The translations under genes were made by a program, and so were the position numbers. Shown here piece after piece: positions 27,745 to 41,122 of a stretch of 64,000 bases of DNA. The notes under the pieces are model-generated. The model was not told the origin of the DNA and did no database searches. It worked only from the letters and a program-made list of their open reading frames with translations. The stretch is from Lama guanicoe (lineage: Eukaryota): the NCBI GenBank assembly GCA_013239625.1, contig MU053652.1, forward strand, positions 4,703,902-4,767,901, read 5' to 3'. Position 1 is the first letter of the stretch. Each line of letters begins with the position of its first letter.

Positions 27745-29840
27745 ACAGAGATCCCTTACACCCTTTACCCAATAACATCTAAGGTGCCATATCACAGCGA
27801 AATTGTCATTCATACAATCCATTGGTCTTGCTCAGATTTCACCAGTTTTACATATGCTCGTGTGTGTGTGTGTGTGTGTATTTGATTCTTCTAAATAGTC
27901 TTATTACATGTGTAGATTTGTGTGATCACCATACTCAAGATATGGAACAGGTCCATCATAAAGATCCTTTCTGCTAAATTTTTAAATCCACAGCCCTCCC
28001 TCCATTCACCCTCCAACACTTGGCACCTAGCAATCTGTTTATCTTTATAGTTTTGTCATTTCAGGTATGCTACATAAATGGAATCATATATATGTCACCT
28101 TTTTAAAATGTATTTTTAATTAAACTTCCCATTTTGAGATAATTGTAGATTCATATGTAGTTGTAAGATATGACACAGAGAGATTCCTGTACCCCCTACC
28201 CAGTTTCCCCCAGTGGCAACATCTTACACGGCTATAGTTGGTCTCACAACCAGGATATTGACATTGATACAGTCAAGATACAAAACATTTCCATCACACA
28301 AGCCACTACATAAAAAACAAATAAAAACAAGGTCCTTCTGTTTAGCACAGGGAACTATATTCAGTATCTTGTAATAACCTATAATGAGAAAGAATATCTA
28401 TTTGTATAACTGAATCATCATGCTGTACACCAGAAACTAACACAACATTGTAAATCAACTATACTTTAATAAAAAAACTAAATTAAAAATGCCTATGTAA
28501 GACCTATGCAGATGTAAATGATTAACAAACATTTTTTAGCTTGGACTATCTGTCTACTACACCCCTTACAGCCCTCCTATTTCAGGATGTTGCTGTCAAG
28601 AAGCTGGATTTGGGGCTTATTATATGAACATTCTAGATGATTTTCTATAGAAATACTTGGAAATTAGTTGGAATTATAATGACATTATTTATATTATATT
28701 AAGCCACCCAATGGATTAAATAAGGTTTTCAATTGTCTTGACCTTGAATCATACTGTTTGCATGGGATTTTATGTTCCAAGTTTCCCAAGGTGTAGATTT
28801 ACTAAATGAATGTAACAGGAAAAAAAAATTTCCATCACAAGGATCACTTCTGCTGCCCTTTCAAAACCACATCTACTTCCTTTCCCCTTTCCATCCACAG
28901 CACCTGGCAACGATTAATCTGTTCTCCATTTCTGTGATTTTGTCATTTTGACAATGTTACATGAATGGAACCATCCAGTACGTGATCTTTTGGGATTGAA
29001 TTTTTGTCATGCAGCATAACACCCTGGAGATTCATGCAAGTCTCTGCATGTATCAATAGTTTGTCCCTGCTGAGTAGCATTCTATGCTATGGATGCACCA
29101 GAGTTTATCCATTCACCCACTGGAGGACATCTGGGTTGTTTCCAGTTTTTGACTGTTAAGAATAAAGCTGCTATGAATATTCCTGTATAGGTTTTTGTGT
29201 GACGATAAGTCTAATTTATCTGAGATAAATGCCCAAGAGTGCGTACTTCATGGGTTGTATGGTGAGCCCACGTTAGTTTTGTAAGAAAGTGCCCATATTC
29301 TTTTCCAAAGTGACTGTACCATTTTGAATCCCCAACAGCAATATGTGCGTGATCCAGTTTCTCCACATCCTCACCAGCATTTGGTTTTATCATTACTTTT
29401 TATTTTAGCCATTCTGGTAGATGCAGTGATATCTTATTGTGGTTTTAATTTGCATTTCTGTAATATCTAATAATGTTGAACATCTTTTCATGTGCTATTT
29501 GCCATCTGTAAATTCTCTCCAGTGAAATGTCTGTTCACACTTTGCATAGTTTCTAATTGAATTGTTTGTTTTCATTGCTGAGTTTGGAGAGCTCTTTACG
29601 TAGTCTAGATACTAGTCTTCTGTCAGATATGTAGGTTGCAAGTATTTTCTCCTAGTCTGTAGCTCGCCTTCTCATTGTCTGAAAGAGGTCTTTCACAAAG
29701 CAAAAGTTTTTCATTTTGATGAGGTTCAATTGCTCTGGCACCATTTGTCAAAAAGGCTATCCTTCCTCTATTGCTTTGCTTTTGCACCTTTGTAAAAGAT
29801 TAGTTGAGCATTTTTATGTGGATCTATTATAATTTAATTT
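27745..29840 (-). mobile_element. Old L1M (L1MB/MC-like) fragments, interrupted by a younger insertion at 28303-28828
   Basis: Typical antisense L1 3'UTR and ORF2 sequence (CCACATCCTCACCAGCATTTGG, GTGGTTTTAATTTGCATTTC); includes (GT)n at 27860-27879. Confidence 0.85.
28303..28828 (+). mobile_element. Short L1 3' end plus ~330 bp non-L1 sequence and A-tail (candidate 3' transduction)
   Basis: 28303-28490 matches the 3' end of the L1 at 24.1-25.0 kb; the unit is flanked by ATTTCCATCAC(AC)AAG duplicates. Confidence 0.8.
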
Positions 29841-30149
29841 TTAATCATAGCTCTGATTACCAACCAGCTCACAGAATGCTTGGAAATTTGACACTCTGAG
29901 CCACTTTCAGCATGGGCTGGGCCAGGCCCTCAGGCTTGGCCAGCAGCCTCAGTTCTTGACCTTGTCCTTCGCTTCCATGACAAACTAGAAACTTTGTGGG
30001 AATTCCCTCATCTCCAGGAGGACAAAACCTTGCACGACCCACCTCAGCCCTGCCCCTTCTTCTTCTCTTCTGCTAAAAGGGGGAGGTCTGTCCCTCTTCC
30101 CACCTGAGGCCAGGCACCAGGTGCTCTGAAGCCTGGCTCCACCTACTCT

Positions 30150-31300
30150 GCATAACTTATATCTCTTGCCTCTCCAGGCTCTCAGAATTCAAACAAAATT
30201 GCTTCCTTCCTACCCTCAGCACCCCCTTGCCCTCTCCCCCTGTATCCCCTGTATCACTTCTCCCCTTCCCACACTTATTCCAAGGATCACTTCCTGCTTC
30301 CTCCTCCTCCGCTCCTCCTCCATCTACTCCAGTCTCCAGGTTGTGGTGCCAACCCTGACCTTCTCAGGGTCACTGAGGACTTTCTTCTCTGTGAACCCGG
30401 TGGACACACGTGCATCCCCTCTGGCTGGGCTCCCCAGTGGTGTGCACACGGCTCACCACACCATTCTGTGATGACATCTCCCTCCCTTAGACCCCCATAT
30501 GCCCTCACTTCTAGTTGGTTCCTTGTTTCTCCTTCTCGGACTCCTTGAGGGGCCTCTTCCTCATCTGATGCTCAGGGATCAAAGTTCCCAAGGGCTCTGC
30601 CTGGCCTCTCCCACTCTCTCCTGGGGCAGCTCTCCCACTCCCAAGGCCTCAATGACCTCACACGCTGCTGCCTTCTGGGTCTTTCTGCCTGTCAAAGCTG
30701 TCTCCTGAGCGCTGTCCCCTAGAGCTGATCACCTCCGCCACAAATGTCCCTGAACATCTTGCAGGTGTCTTGACCTCAACCTGCCCCAAGTGGATGGAAA
30801 GTGGCTCCTCTTCCCCCCTCTAGGCTTCCCCCTCCCAATAAAGGACCCCCGTTCCATGTGCCCTGGCACCCTCACCCTCAGTGCCATTTGCCGCAACACA
30901 CCCAACTCCTTACTCTTCTCACCCCTCCCTTTACATCCTGCAGTCTGCAAGCTCTGTCATTTCTGCTTCCCATCTCTCCCTCCAATCCTTTTCTCCTTCC
31001 CTGCTGCCCCTGGTTCAGGTCCCCACGGTCCCTCATCTGGACCATGGCAGCAGCCTCTTGACTGGTCTTCCCGTCCCCCATTCAATCATCCTCCACACTG
31101 CAGCCAGAGCAATCTTCCTAAAGTGTCAATCTGACCATGTTGCTCTCCAGCTTCAAACCTTCCACTGATCTCCATAGCTCTCAGATCAAGTGCATCTGAA
31201 TTGAAGGTGGTCCTGCAGGATCTGGTCTGACCCAACTCTCCCTTTCATCCCATGTGAGCTGAGCTTCATTCAGTTGTTCAGTGAGCCTGAAGCTGCACAT
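30150..31300 (+). mobile_element. L2 LINE remnant (pyrimidine-rich)
   Basis: L2-type motifs CCTCCACACTGCAGCCAGAGCAATCTTCCTAAA and TCAAACCTTCCA; boundaries approximate. Confidence 0.65.
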
Positions 31301-31399
31301 CCCACCCTTTAACAAATTGAGATATAATTTACCTACCATGCAATTCACCAGTTTGAAGTGATTGGTAAATCCATAGAGAAAGAAGTGACTTTTAATATA

Positions 31400-31784
31400 C
31401 AAGTATCTCCTGCTTTTCTAAAGTTTGCTTTAGGTCACTTTACTTTTATGAAAGATCTACATTTGTACCTGTTTTCACTAATGGAAAGAAATCCAAAGCA
31501 GATGAAAAGAGGTGAAAAACAAAAATAGGGTTCAGCATTGGTTTTGCAGTGCACAACCTGAGCAGTGAGACTGGCCCCCGCCAAGTCTCCCGCCACCCCC
31601 GCAACTCAGCATCTCAGTATCAGGCCGCCATAGCTTCACATTATGTCTGTAAGCATCTGTGCTTTATCTTGATTTATTCTGTGCATCTGTTAGCAGGATA
31701 TGTCCTCAGGTAATTGCTTCTTCAACTTACGCCATCTTGGCTAGCAAAATTTTCACTCTACTTTCGGGTAGCGGGGGATACCTG
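31400..31784. mobile_element. Non-autonomous TcMar-Tigger DNA transposon nested in an L1 3' fragment (~31310-31980)
   Basis: Imperfect TIRs CAAGTATCTCCTGCTTTTCTAAAGT / ACTTTCGGGTAGCGGGGGATACCTG, preceded by TA. Confidence 0.72.
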
Positions 31785-33279
31785 AATTCACAAGGCTGTG
31801 CAATCATCTTCACTATTTAATTCTGCAACATTTTTATTGCCCTAAAAGTAAACCTGAACCTGCTGGCAATCACTCTCTACTAACCCACCACCACCACCGC
31901 CAACTATTAATATACCTTCTTTCTCTATGTATTTATCAATTTTAAACATTTTATATGATGGAATCACAGAAGCATAATGTTTCCAAGGCTCCAGAGAGCC
32001 TTTCTCCTGCCCTGGGAACTTCAAAAGCACTGTTACTCTGTCCCCCAGTGACCCATCAAGACCCTGACTCGGAGGGGAGCTCTTGGGGTGCACTACATCC
32101 TGCAAGCCTCCCCAAGGTGGCAACTGCCTTTTTGGCAGAGGACCTGGAGAGTCCTCAGCCCAGCCTCTAGGATTCCATCCTCTCCTCCTTGGGCCCCAGC
32201 ACAGCTCCCGGGGCACAGCTCCCTCCTGAGGAACAGCTATGAGACACGGCGGTGCTGTGGTGCCAAAGCAGAAACTGGGCAGTGTGCCAGGCTCTGGGTG
32301 GAACCTTGTCTTGGTACTGCAGAAACACAGGGGGAATCAGGGTGCTCTGAGCCATAAATCCCAAAGCCAAGGCCTGTCTCCATTCATTCATTCATTCACT
32401 GGACACATGTTGGGCACCTCCTTCTCCCCCAGCACTGCGGATGGGGAAGCAAAGACAAACGCAGGAGCTGAGAGCCTGGTCTCTCATGCTTTTTCTCTCC
32501 TGAACTTCTCTCCACAAAACCCCCGCCAAGGCTCTGGGCTGGCAGCTTCCCCTCCCACTGTTCCAGATTCTCTGGGATACAGGGTCTTGTCCAAAGCCAA
32601 TCCCTATACACCCCTAATTCCATCCAGATGTCAGAGAGGAGAAAGACAGGAAAAGAATAAATGGCTGCACAGTGAGGCAGACTCTGTCAAAGATCCAAAG
32701 ACCTGGACTGATTTTTCACACATAGCATGTATTTATTGAGGGCCTTTATGTGCCAGGTCCTCGGGATACAGGAGTGAACAGAACAATGCGTTCCTGTCCT
32801 ATGGTGCTTATAGAAGGAAAACAAATTAGATAAATAATAGCAATCCAATAACAAATTTGATAATAATAAAAAGTCATTAATTTAAATAAGTAATAACAAT
32901 GTGATGAGCATTATGCTAAGAGAAGTGAAACTTTGTAGCATAAAGCCAAGGGTCCCAGCCAAAGCTAGGGGTCAGGGATCTGAGTCAGAAAAGGGCTCCC
33001 CAAAGAAGAGGTGAGCCGAGACCTGAGGGCTGAGCAGGGGCTCTCCAGTTAGAGGTTCTTGATGGCTCGCTGAGCCTTAAAGGACAATGATCAAGGTGTA
33101 AATGGGCCAGAAAATTGAATCTTCTGAAAACATGGCCCCCAGCTTTTTTTTCTGATGTGGTGCCCACAAGACCACAGGTGACTGGCACCTGCCCTTCCCG
33201 GCCAGTGCCCTTCCACCAGCCCTGGGCCAAGGCTGGGTGGGGTGGGGCAGACATTCAGTTGCCTGGTTGGAAAAGGAGC

Positions 33280-33860
33280 CAGAAGTGCGGGTCTCCGCAG
33301 CGCGGGGCTGGCAGTGGAGAGTTGGTGGAGGGAATGAGGCAAAGGGACCTGGGGGCGCCTCCGGCCGGTCTCTTCTTCTTTGCTCCATCGGCATCTCTGA
33401 GTTTGGCTTTGCTGACTCAAGGCATGAAGGAAAAAAAGAAAGTGGGAAAAAGCCAACAGACAAAACCAACAATAAAAGTAAATTTACTGAGCGGTTGAAA
33501 TTCCCTCCCGAGTGCAAGTTGCACCAGCGGGGCCCGGCAACTGCGCATTTTCCGCCCTGGATGCGGGGCGTGATAAACCCCGCCCTCCCTGCCCCCTGCC
33601 ACCCCCCACCCCCCACCCCAGGCCGGGGTCAGGAATGCGGGAGGTAGACCCCTACCGGAGAGCGGCCTGACACCCCCCTGGGACTGGGTCACGGGAGGGG
33701 CGACGGCGACTGGCTCCTGCCCTTCCGCCCGAGAAAGGCGTGCAGGGTGGGCTCCCTGAAGAAGGAGTCGCAAGGGTATTTCTGGAAATAAATCCCGTCC
33801 GGGACAAAAGGAAAAGGAAAGGAGCACCTCAGAGTTTTCACGAAGATTTGGGGGTGGGCT
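33280..33860. promoter_or_regulatory. Orphan intergenic CpG-rich island
   Basis: CpG-dense, GC boxes (CCCCGCCC, GCGGGGCG), C-run tract at 33578-33620; no coding exon attached. Confidence 0.75.
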
Positions 33861-34834
33861 GTCTCCTCCGACTCCACTCCGTTACTGTGAGATTCCTAAT
33901 CTCCCTCTGAGAGAAACAGGGTGAACAGCCAGAAGGATCCCTGGGAGGAGAGGGACAAGATAATGTGGCCAGTAAAGCCCCCTTGTGCTGCGATGCTACC
34001 CACCCCTCCCACGCCCACTTTAGGCAGCCGGGGCTCTTCCTAGCGGAGCATTGATTACGCACCTAAGCTGGTACGAGCAGTTTTACCTACATTGTCTCAT
34101 TCATCATCACACCCAACCTCAGGAGGCAGGTACGTTACCATTCCCTGAGCTGGGAGAGATTAGCGAGTAACTTGCCCAAATCACACAGCTGGTAAAGGCG
34201 TCTGCCTTTGAGTTTAGCTTTTAACCCTAAACCGTCCAGTCCCCTGCTGGACCTAGTTAAGGCTTCAGATTCCTTCTCAACACAGCACTCTTCATAGTTA
34301 CTCCCCACAGATCTGAGTTGGCACAAGAAATAAAACTGTTTTCCAAAGCGTTGTTATATTGGTATGTTCGCTCAGACGCAAATTATTGTGGCCGCTGGAT
34401 GATTTAGATGGGCGTCCTTCCACATAATACATTTATTTTTGGAGTCCTAGAATAGTAAATCTAGAATAGACCTAAAAATGTAATCCATCGTGTGGATTTT
34501 TCAGATAAGCAGGCCCAGGGAAGTGAAGATGCTTGCCCAGGGCCACCTAGCATCTGGATTAGAATCTGGGATCTGGCATCCCAGTGGGGGCGGAGAGAGG
34601 CATTGTTAACCTTCCCCCATGGCTGCGCTGCTCTCTGGGAGCCCATACAGTGACCCTGAGCTCCAAACCTGGCCTCCAGCCTGCCCCTTTCAGCCGGGCT
34701 TGGGAGTCCAGGGGCACCGCAGGAACTCACAGCCCCGGCTCCTCGTTGGCGCGGTTTCTAGGAAGAGCAGAGGCGGGCAGCAGAAGAGGTGTAGAGCACG
34801 GGGCGTGGAGGACGAGGCTGGGGCTTCTTGCACG

Positions 34835-34849
34835 AGCGCCGCCTGGCGG
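34835..34849 (-). promoter_or_regulatory. Candidate CTCF site in a second CpG-rich patch (~34620-34960)
   Basis: Minus strand CCGCCAGGCGGCGCT versus core consensus CCACCAGGGGGCGCT, with CpGs retained. Confidence 0.65.
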
Positions 34850-37800
34850 TGGGAGCTGGTGAGGGAGCGAGGCCTCGCCCCGGTACAGCATCATGGCTAC
34901 GTTTGGGAGAGGAGGGTGGGCCAGCTTTTGTTTGCTGGGCAGCCACCAGGCGCTGGGTGTAAATCAGAGTTAAATCAGCTTAAAGGATTGGCAACCAGGC
35001 ATCGGGGACACACGGCCTCCCCTGCCCAGGTCCTGATTCCCTTCTTGTCAATGTTAGATGGCTGTGAACCTGCCTTTTCAGATGCTTGACACAGGATTAC
35101 AAAATGTGGCAGTCACAAAGACATCACCCTCCACACACACTTCAGCTCCCCCTCCCCAGATCTGTTGGGATTTTTAAAACTTTGCCATTATAGGCCCTCA
35201 GCACCGTTTACTGCTGAAGGGGGAGGGTCCTACAACCCTGTTACTTGTACAAGAATTCTGGCACCTGCAGATGTGAGGGAGTGGAGGAGGTATGGCAGGG
35301 AGACACAAGGACCCCAAGGTCACCTTTGTGGGTTTCCCACAGCTCCGGGAGCCACCCCCCCAACCCACCATGTGCATCTCTCTGTCCAACAAAAGTATGA
35401 ACTCCTCTATTTGATACTATTTGCTCTTGTTTCTCCGGAGCCTGGCCCCATGCCAGGCACATAGTAAGCACTCAAGAAATGTTTGCGAAACAACTGTCTT
35501 TACCCCAGCTCTTTACATGCCATCATTTAATTGGCCTGACCCGGAACCTGCCAGGATTGACCAAAGAGCATCACACTTCTCCCCCACCCTCCCACCCCCC
35601 GGCAGCCCAAGGATGAGCACAGTGGCAAGAGTGACCACAGGATTCCTCTAGAAATGTTTTTCATAAGCTAGACTCCAGCAAGGGATTTGGGAATTCCTTA
35701 AACAGCCAGTGTGCACTTGGGCATAAACGCTTGGCCTGCCAGCTCCCTAAAACATCTATTAAAGTCATCCATCAAGCAGCCCTCCTGGCCAGGCAGGGCT
35801 GGGCAGGGCAGCTCTAGACCTCCAGGATGCTGCCTGGCACCCCTTGGGGCTGCCTGTTCTGGGCCAGCGCCTCCTTCTTCTCCCCGGGCCCACCTGCAGG
35901 CCACAGCTGGCCCCTGAGACAGCAGCTGCTCGTCCCTCCTACTGGGCTGGGGACACATCTGCATTTGGCAGTGCCCAGATTGATCCCCATTCCTGTCCCT
36001 GCTGACTGTGCAGGAGCAGAGCATTTTCTCCGGCCCCCACCCCCATCCCCTGGGAAAACGAAGCTGGATGTTCCCACAGCCAATGTCCTCAGTAACCAAG
36101 GAGCTCATGGCTGTGTCGAGTTCTAGGAAGAGCAAGGCCAGAGTGTGTTCTTGGGAGGGCAGAAAGTCACCGAGGGATCTTGAAGCTCCCCAAATGGGGC
36201 AAGCGGAGAAAAGCTGTGAGACCAAGTGATGCAACGAGAACGAGAGGAGACTGGGACGAAAATTTGAGAGAGATAAGGGGAGGAGGGGAGGAGGAAAGTC
36301 TCTTTTGCAGATTTTATTTATTTCTGTTGTCTTTGAAGTTAGACTTCAAGTGGAATCAGGAGTGGAAAAGCAATAAAGAAGCAGGGAAGGGAAAAGTCGA
36401 GATGTCAGGCAGCTGGTGTGCACTTCAGGGACCAGCGGGGGGGCTTACTCCATGCCCAACCCCACTGCCAAAGGCAGAATGCCTGGAGTCACCCCACCCT
36501 TAGGGACACAAGGAACACACTGGTGACCATGAGAGAGGGGCTTCCTGGGCAGCATTTTGCTAGGAGACAGTAACATCCTGGAGGGCAGGGACCATGGCTC
36601 TCTGGCTCATCTCTGTATCTACAGTGCCTAGTACAGAGCCTGGCATTCAGTCATTGTTCAATAAAAGATAGCTACGTGCTAGGAGCTAAGCAGAGCCCTT
36701 TGCACATGTAATCTCATTTTATCCTTTCACAAGGTTATGAGATAGATACTGTTGTCTTCATTTTACAGAAGAGAAAATGGAAACACAGAGAAGTCTATTT
36801 ACGTGCTCAAGCTCACTCAGAAAGCAGCGGAGCGAGGATTCAGAGCCACGCAGACTGATTTGAAAGACTGGCCTTACTCACCCTGTTGGACACTCTTGAA
36901 AGAAAAAGAGCAGAAAGAAAGAAAAATCTCTTAGTCACAGAATTGAAAGAGATCCTGGATGTCATTTAAATCAAGCTCTTTGTTTTATCAGTGAAGGATG
37001 AGAAAGGCAAAGAGACTTGCACTAACCAGCTATTGGCAGAGCCAGGATTAGAATCCAGATCTCCTGACTTCTGGTCCTGGAATTTCCTACTCCACCAGCT
37101 TGTCTCGGAAGAGAACAACCAGGGACCTCCAGGGTTTGTAAACTGGCTTTCTGATAGCATCAGTGTCCACCAGGCTTGGGAAAACAGTGGGACCTGGACC
37201 TCGTCTCTCCCTCCCCAGCCCTCCCCCAACTTTGCTCCGGCCAGGCTGGCTCCCTAGGGCCGATCTGAGTAAACCCAGCCCAGCTGAAAGCCATGGAGGC
37301 TGCAGGTCTCCAGGAGGCGGGCAGGAGGTGTCCCTGAGGGAAGCTGCCCAGCCTGGCCCTCAGGAACCAGGAACCAGGGCTCTGTCTGGGGCACCCAGTC
37401 CTCTGGGGCCCAGCCTGGGGCATGGCGGTGTCCAGTATTTTGGACTTCCTGTGCTTTGATTGCAGCATAAATTTCCAGTTCTTTGGCAACCTGACTACTT
37501 ACAATTTTCAGGGTAATTTTTCTCCCCAGGCATTTGTTCTGGATCACTGACGTCTGGTACGTAAGATATCACTTTTGATTCAATGTATTTAAAACTCATT
37601 TTTCCCCTAGACAAGACAAATTGAATTTGTCTTCCCATATGGGGCTTTTCAGAAAGATTGGTGCTGGGATGCACTGGGTTCCCAGAGTGATGTCATCTGA
37701 TTAGTCCTGACATTCTTTTTCCACTTATGGAGGGGAGGTAATTGCAGATACTCCAACTGGGAGAAGGTGTGATTGGTTTTTCTCCTATGGGGGAAAAATG

Positions 37801-39679
37801 AATCCTTTCAGATGGATGAGTTTCTGGCATCTGCTATTTTTCTCTGCCGCTTGGCGGAACCTTCTAGAATAGAAGGCTCCCAGCAGCACACAGCCTGATG
37901 GTCCAGGGAAGCCTTCACCTGAAGCTGGGGAGGGCAGGGTGAACTGACTGGGGCCTTTCTCTTCTGGCCCACGCGGGCTTTGAAAAGCCCCGTCCCGTTC
38001 ACCACAGACATCGCTGGGAAAGTTAACTGACCAACTCAACCCCAGTGTGGGGGTCTGGGGCCAGCACAGAGCAGGTGTTGGGGCTGGGTCACTCCACTAA
38101 GCCTTAGGACGTCTCCAGCACTCCAGGCCCTGCTAGACTTGTCCCCTCCCTCTCTGTGACCAAAGCCCCAGTCCCATCCTTGGCCCGGCTACCAGCCCCT
38201 TGGAGGAAGGAAGGAGCTGGGTAGGGAGCAAGGAGTTTCACAGCAGGGCCGACCACGGGCGTGGGCTCCAGGGTGCTCGTCCTGAGCCAGGAACTGCTCT
38301 GCAGGGGGCCGAGCTGGGACTGCCTCTCTCTGACCCGCTTTTGAGTGACCCCCAAGTGCTGATGTGCTGGGCTGGACTCCCATCATGGCTGTTGGGGGCA
38401 CCATGGCCTTGTGTTTGTGCTTTGGTCCTTCTGAGCTGCTATAGTTTGCAGACTGCAAACTAACTCCACTGGGGAGTTAGCACTGAATTCTGCAGCAATA
38501 AACTCAAATCTTGTTAAATAAAGGAAGCCTTGAATAAATGCCTGCTTATTCCTTGCCAACATGCTACCTAAGTCAACATGGCTCTGTGACCTTCAGCCAG
38601 TCACTTAACCTCTCTGAATCTATTTCTGGATCTAAAGAAAGTGAGTATAATACTGTACTCCTTCCCCCTGGTTATTGTGGGGATCAAATATAATAATGTG
38701 TGTGAAAGTCTTTTCTCAATGTCAAGGTGTTATTCCACCGTAAGGGATCATTGAGGTCATCATGCTTATTGAGATGTGCCCAGAACAGCTATGCCTTACA
38801 CTATAGAGTGTCAGCAGCAGGAGTTCCATTATAAGGGAGGAAAAAAGGAACCAGTTTTCCCAGTGGAGAAGAGTGACCCCAGACAAAGCAGAGAGACCAA
38901 TAACATAGCCCCAACAAGAGCAATGACAACTTGGATGACTTCTTATCAAGGCCCAGTCCGGAGTAACCAATAACAAAAATGTTCCCCATTCTCATTCGGT
39001 GAAGTTCTCAGAGCCAAGGATAATCGCTCCACCCTCTCCTAAGCCTGGGGTCAAAGGCTATTTTTTATTTGATGCCGTGTGGTTGAAGTTAAGAGCCATT
39101 CAGAGCTGGTTTTAGATCTTTGTACAAAAAAGTAAGAGTTCAAAGGAAGTCTCCTCTCTTACTTTTCTCAGAAAGAAATTCTACTTGGAGTAAGGCTCTG
39201 GAAGGCTGTCAGGAATCAGAGAGGCCAGGGAAGAGATGTGCAGAGCATTCCTGGGGGGGGTCACCTGTTGTTTCTGCCTTCCCAGAGTCCTTTCTCTCTC
39301 TTTTCGGTAATAGAATCCTCTTTTCATTTGGGAAATTATCCCTTCCCCATTCTCATTCCAAGTGGGATTGATCCATTCCCTAATTTCTGGGCTGACTCAA
39401 ACCCGACCTATCAGAATACTACATCCTCATGGCCATAATAATTAATTCAGCAAGAGGCATGTGATCCAAGCCAGGCCAATGAGTGTCAGCCCTGAGACGT
39501 TTGTAGGACAATTAAGAAGGAGAAGTTCTCTTTCCTGGGGAGTTGCCAAGCTGGAAGATAGAAACCCAGTTTTTGGTGGTCACCTTTGCTGTCACCTAAG
39601 AATGACACCAATGTTGAAGGAAGCTGAGCCGAGAGACAGAGAATGATTCCAGTTGACATGGTTTAAGCACTGGTTAACT

Positions 39680-39990
39680 GTGTGGGAAAGGCAAGGCAAG
39701 ACAGGGTAAGCAGGCGTCGGTTTGTCTAGTTAGAATAATTTCAGCTCTGGACCACAGGAGCTGTCAAGTTGTCTGCTACCTGGCCCTGGGGTGATTAGGG
39801 AAGGCGGATAGTGGCCCTGAATGTGAGAGCCCAGTAGAGGAGGTGGTTGGTGGTGTGGGCTCTGGGTTGATTGGTTTGCATTTGAAAGGCATGTTCTCTA
39901 AGAGCGTTGCATCCTAACCCTGGGAGAGAGGTCCCTCCAGTGTCAATCACGTCCTAAGATGCCAGAGCATCAGAAAATACAGAAAATTAA
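39680..39990. mobile_element. ERV LTR fragment (family uncertain) next to MaLR-like remnants
   Basis: CCTGGCCCTGGGGTGATTAGGG...GATTGGTTTGCATTTGAAAGG recalled from an ancient LTR consensus. Confidence 0.5.
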
Positions 39991-40643
39991 AAACATGCTT
40001 AATGCATGGGATGACTGGGACCTCTCGCTACATGATCACTCATCCTCTTGGAGGCTCTATGATGGTTGAAGTTTTCACAGCAGTGAGAAAGGATAAGCCT
40101 TAGTGCAAACAACTTTCCAGCCTCTGCTTGTGTATTGTTTGCCACTGTTGGGCCAAGCAGGCCACATGGCTAAGCCCAGAGTCAGTAGGGGGAAGAGATT
40201 ACGAAGGGGGCGGAGGCCAGCAGGCATGACTGATGGCAGCCATCCCTGCAAGGGTCCACCCACAGCCCTCCTACCATAGGGCAGCTCCAGCTGAGATTAA
40301 GCCGAAGTTTGCCTTCTGCTAAATTCTACCTGTTGTTCTCCAATCTTCCTCCAGTGCTGCCCACACCATAATAAGGCTTTAGCAATCATCTCAGGCTCGG
40401 AGTCATCTAAGTGGACAGACTGCCCAGAATCCCACTTCCCTTCATGGGTCTTCTTTTGCTCCTAAACTTAATGTCACACATGCAAAGTGTATATGGGGGC
40501 TCAGCTTTTGAAGTCAGACACCCATTTAGCCAACAAATATTCTTTTTGTCCCTTCTCTGTGCCAGGATCTGGCCAAGAGGCTAGAGATATAGTATTAACC
40601 AAAACTGACCCAAAAGACCACCCCTGTATGCTGAGAGTTTAAA

Positions 40644-40645
<2 letters not shown>

Positions 40646-40676
<31 letters not shown>
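40646..40676. repeat. (TG)15 microsatellite; a second (GT)11 lies at 40924-40946
   Basis: Read directly. Confidence 0.95.
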
Positions 40677-40677
<1 letters not shown>

Positions 40678-41122
40678 GGGGAGGGTAAGGGAGAATATTA
40701 ATAAACAAATGTATAAATAAAATATATGGGAGTGAGGGAGTGTGAGTGGGTGAGGAGAGGGAAGTCATAGTTAATTACAGATGACTATGATTTAAAGAGT
40801 TTTCACCCAAGAAAAGTAGCAGGACAGGTGGCTGATGGAATACACTTCAGGCAGTGCTGATGGGGAGGGTAAGCAGACCCACGGGTGAACCTGGGGACAT
40901 CTGTGCAGGCATCTACTTACACCGTGTGTGTGTGTGTGTGTGTGTGCGCATGCTATCCTGACTTGTAGTCCTCAACATGAGGACAGTGACATGGACAGCC
41001 GGTGTCTTTCCTGACAGCTGTTCTTCCGATGGGGAGAGGTCGGGCTGAGATAGCAAACAGAAGATAGTTGGAAATCTGTATGTGTGTGTTTGGGGCAGGG
41101 ATGGAGTGAGTAGAGACAAATA

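Noticed and set aside
33077..35089. Overlapping 120-180-aa ORFs at the orphan CpG island
   Set aside because: GC-content artefact on both strands; no recognisable protein.
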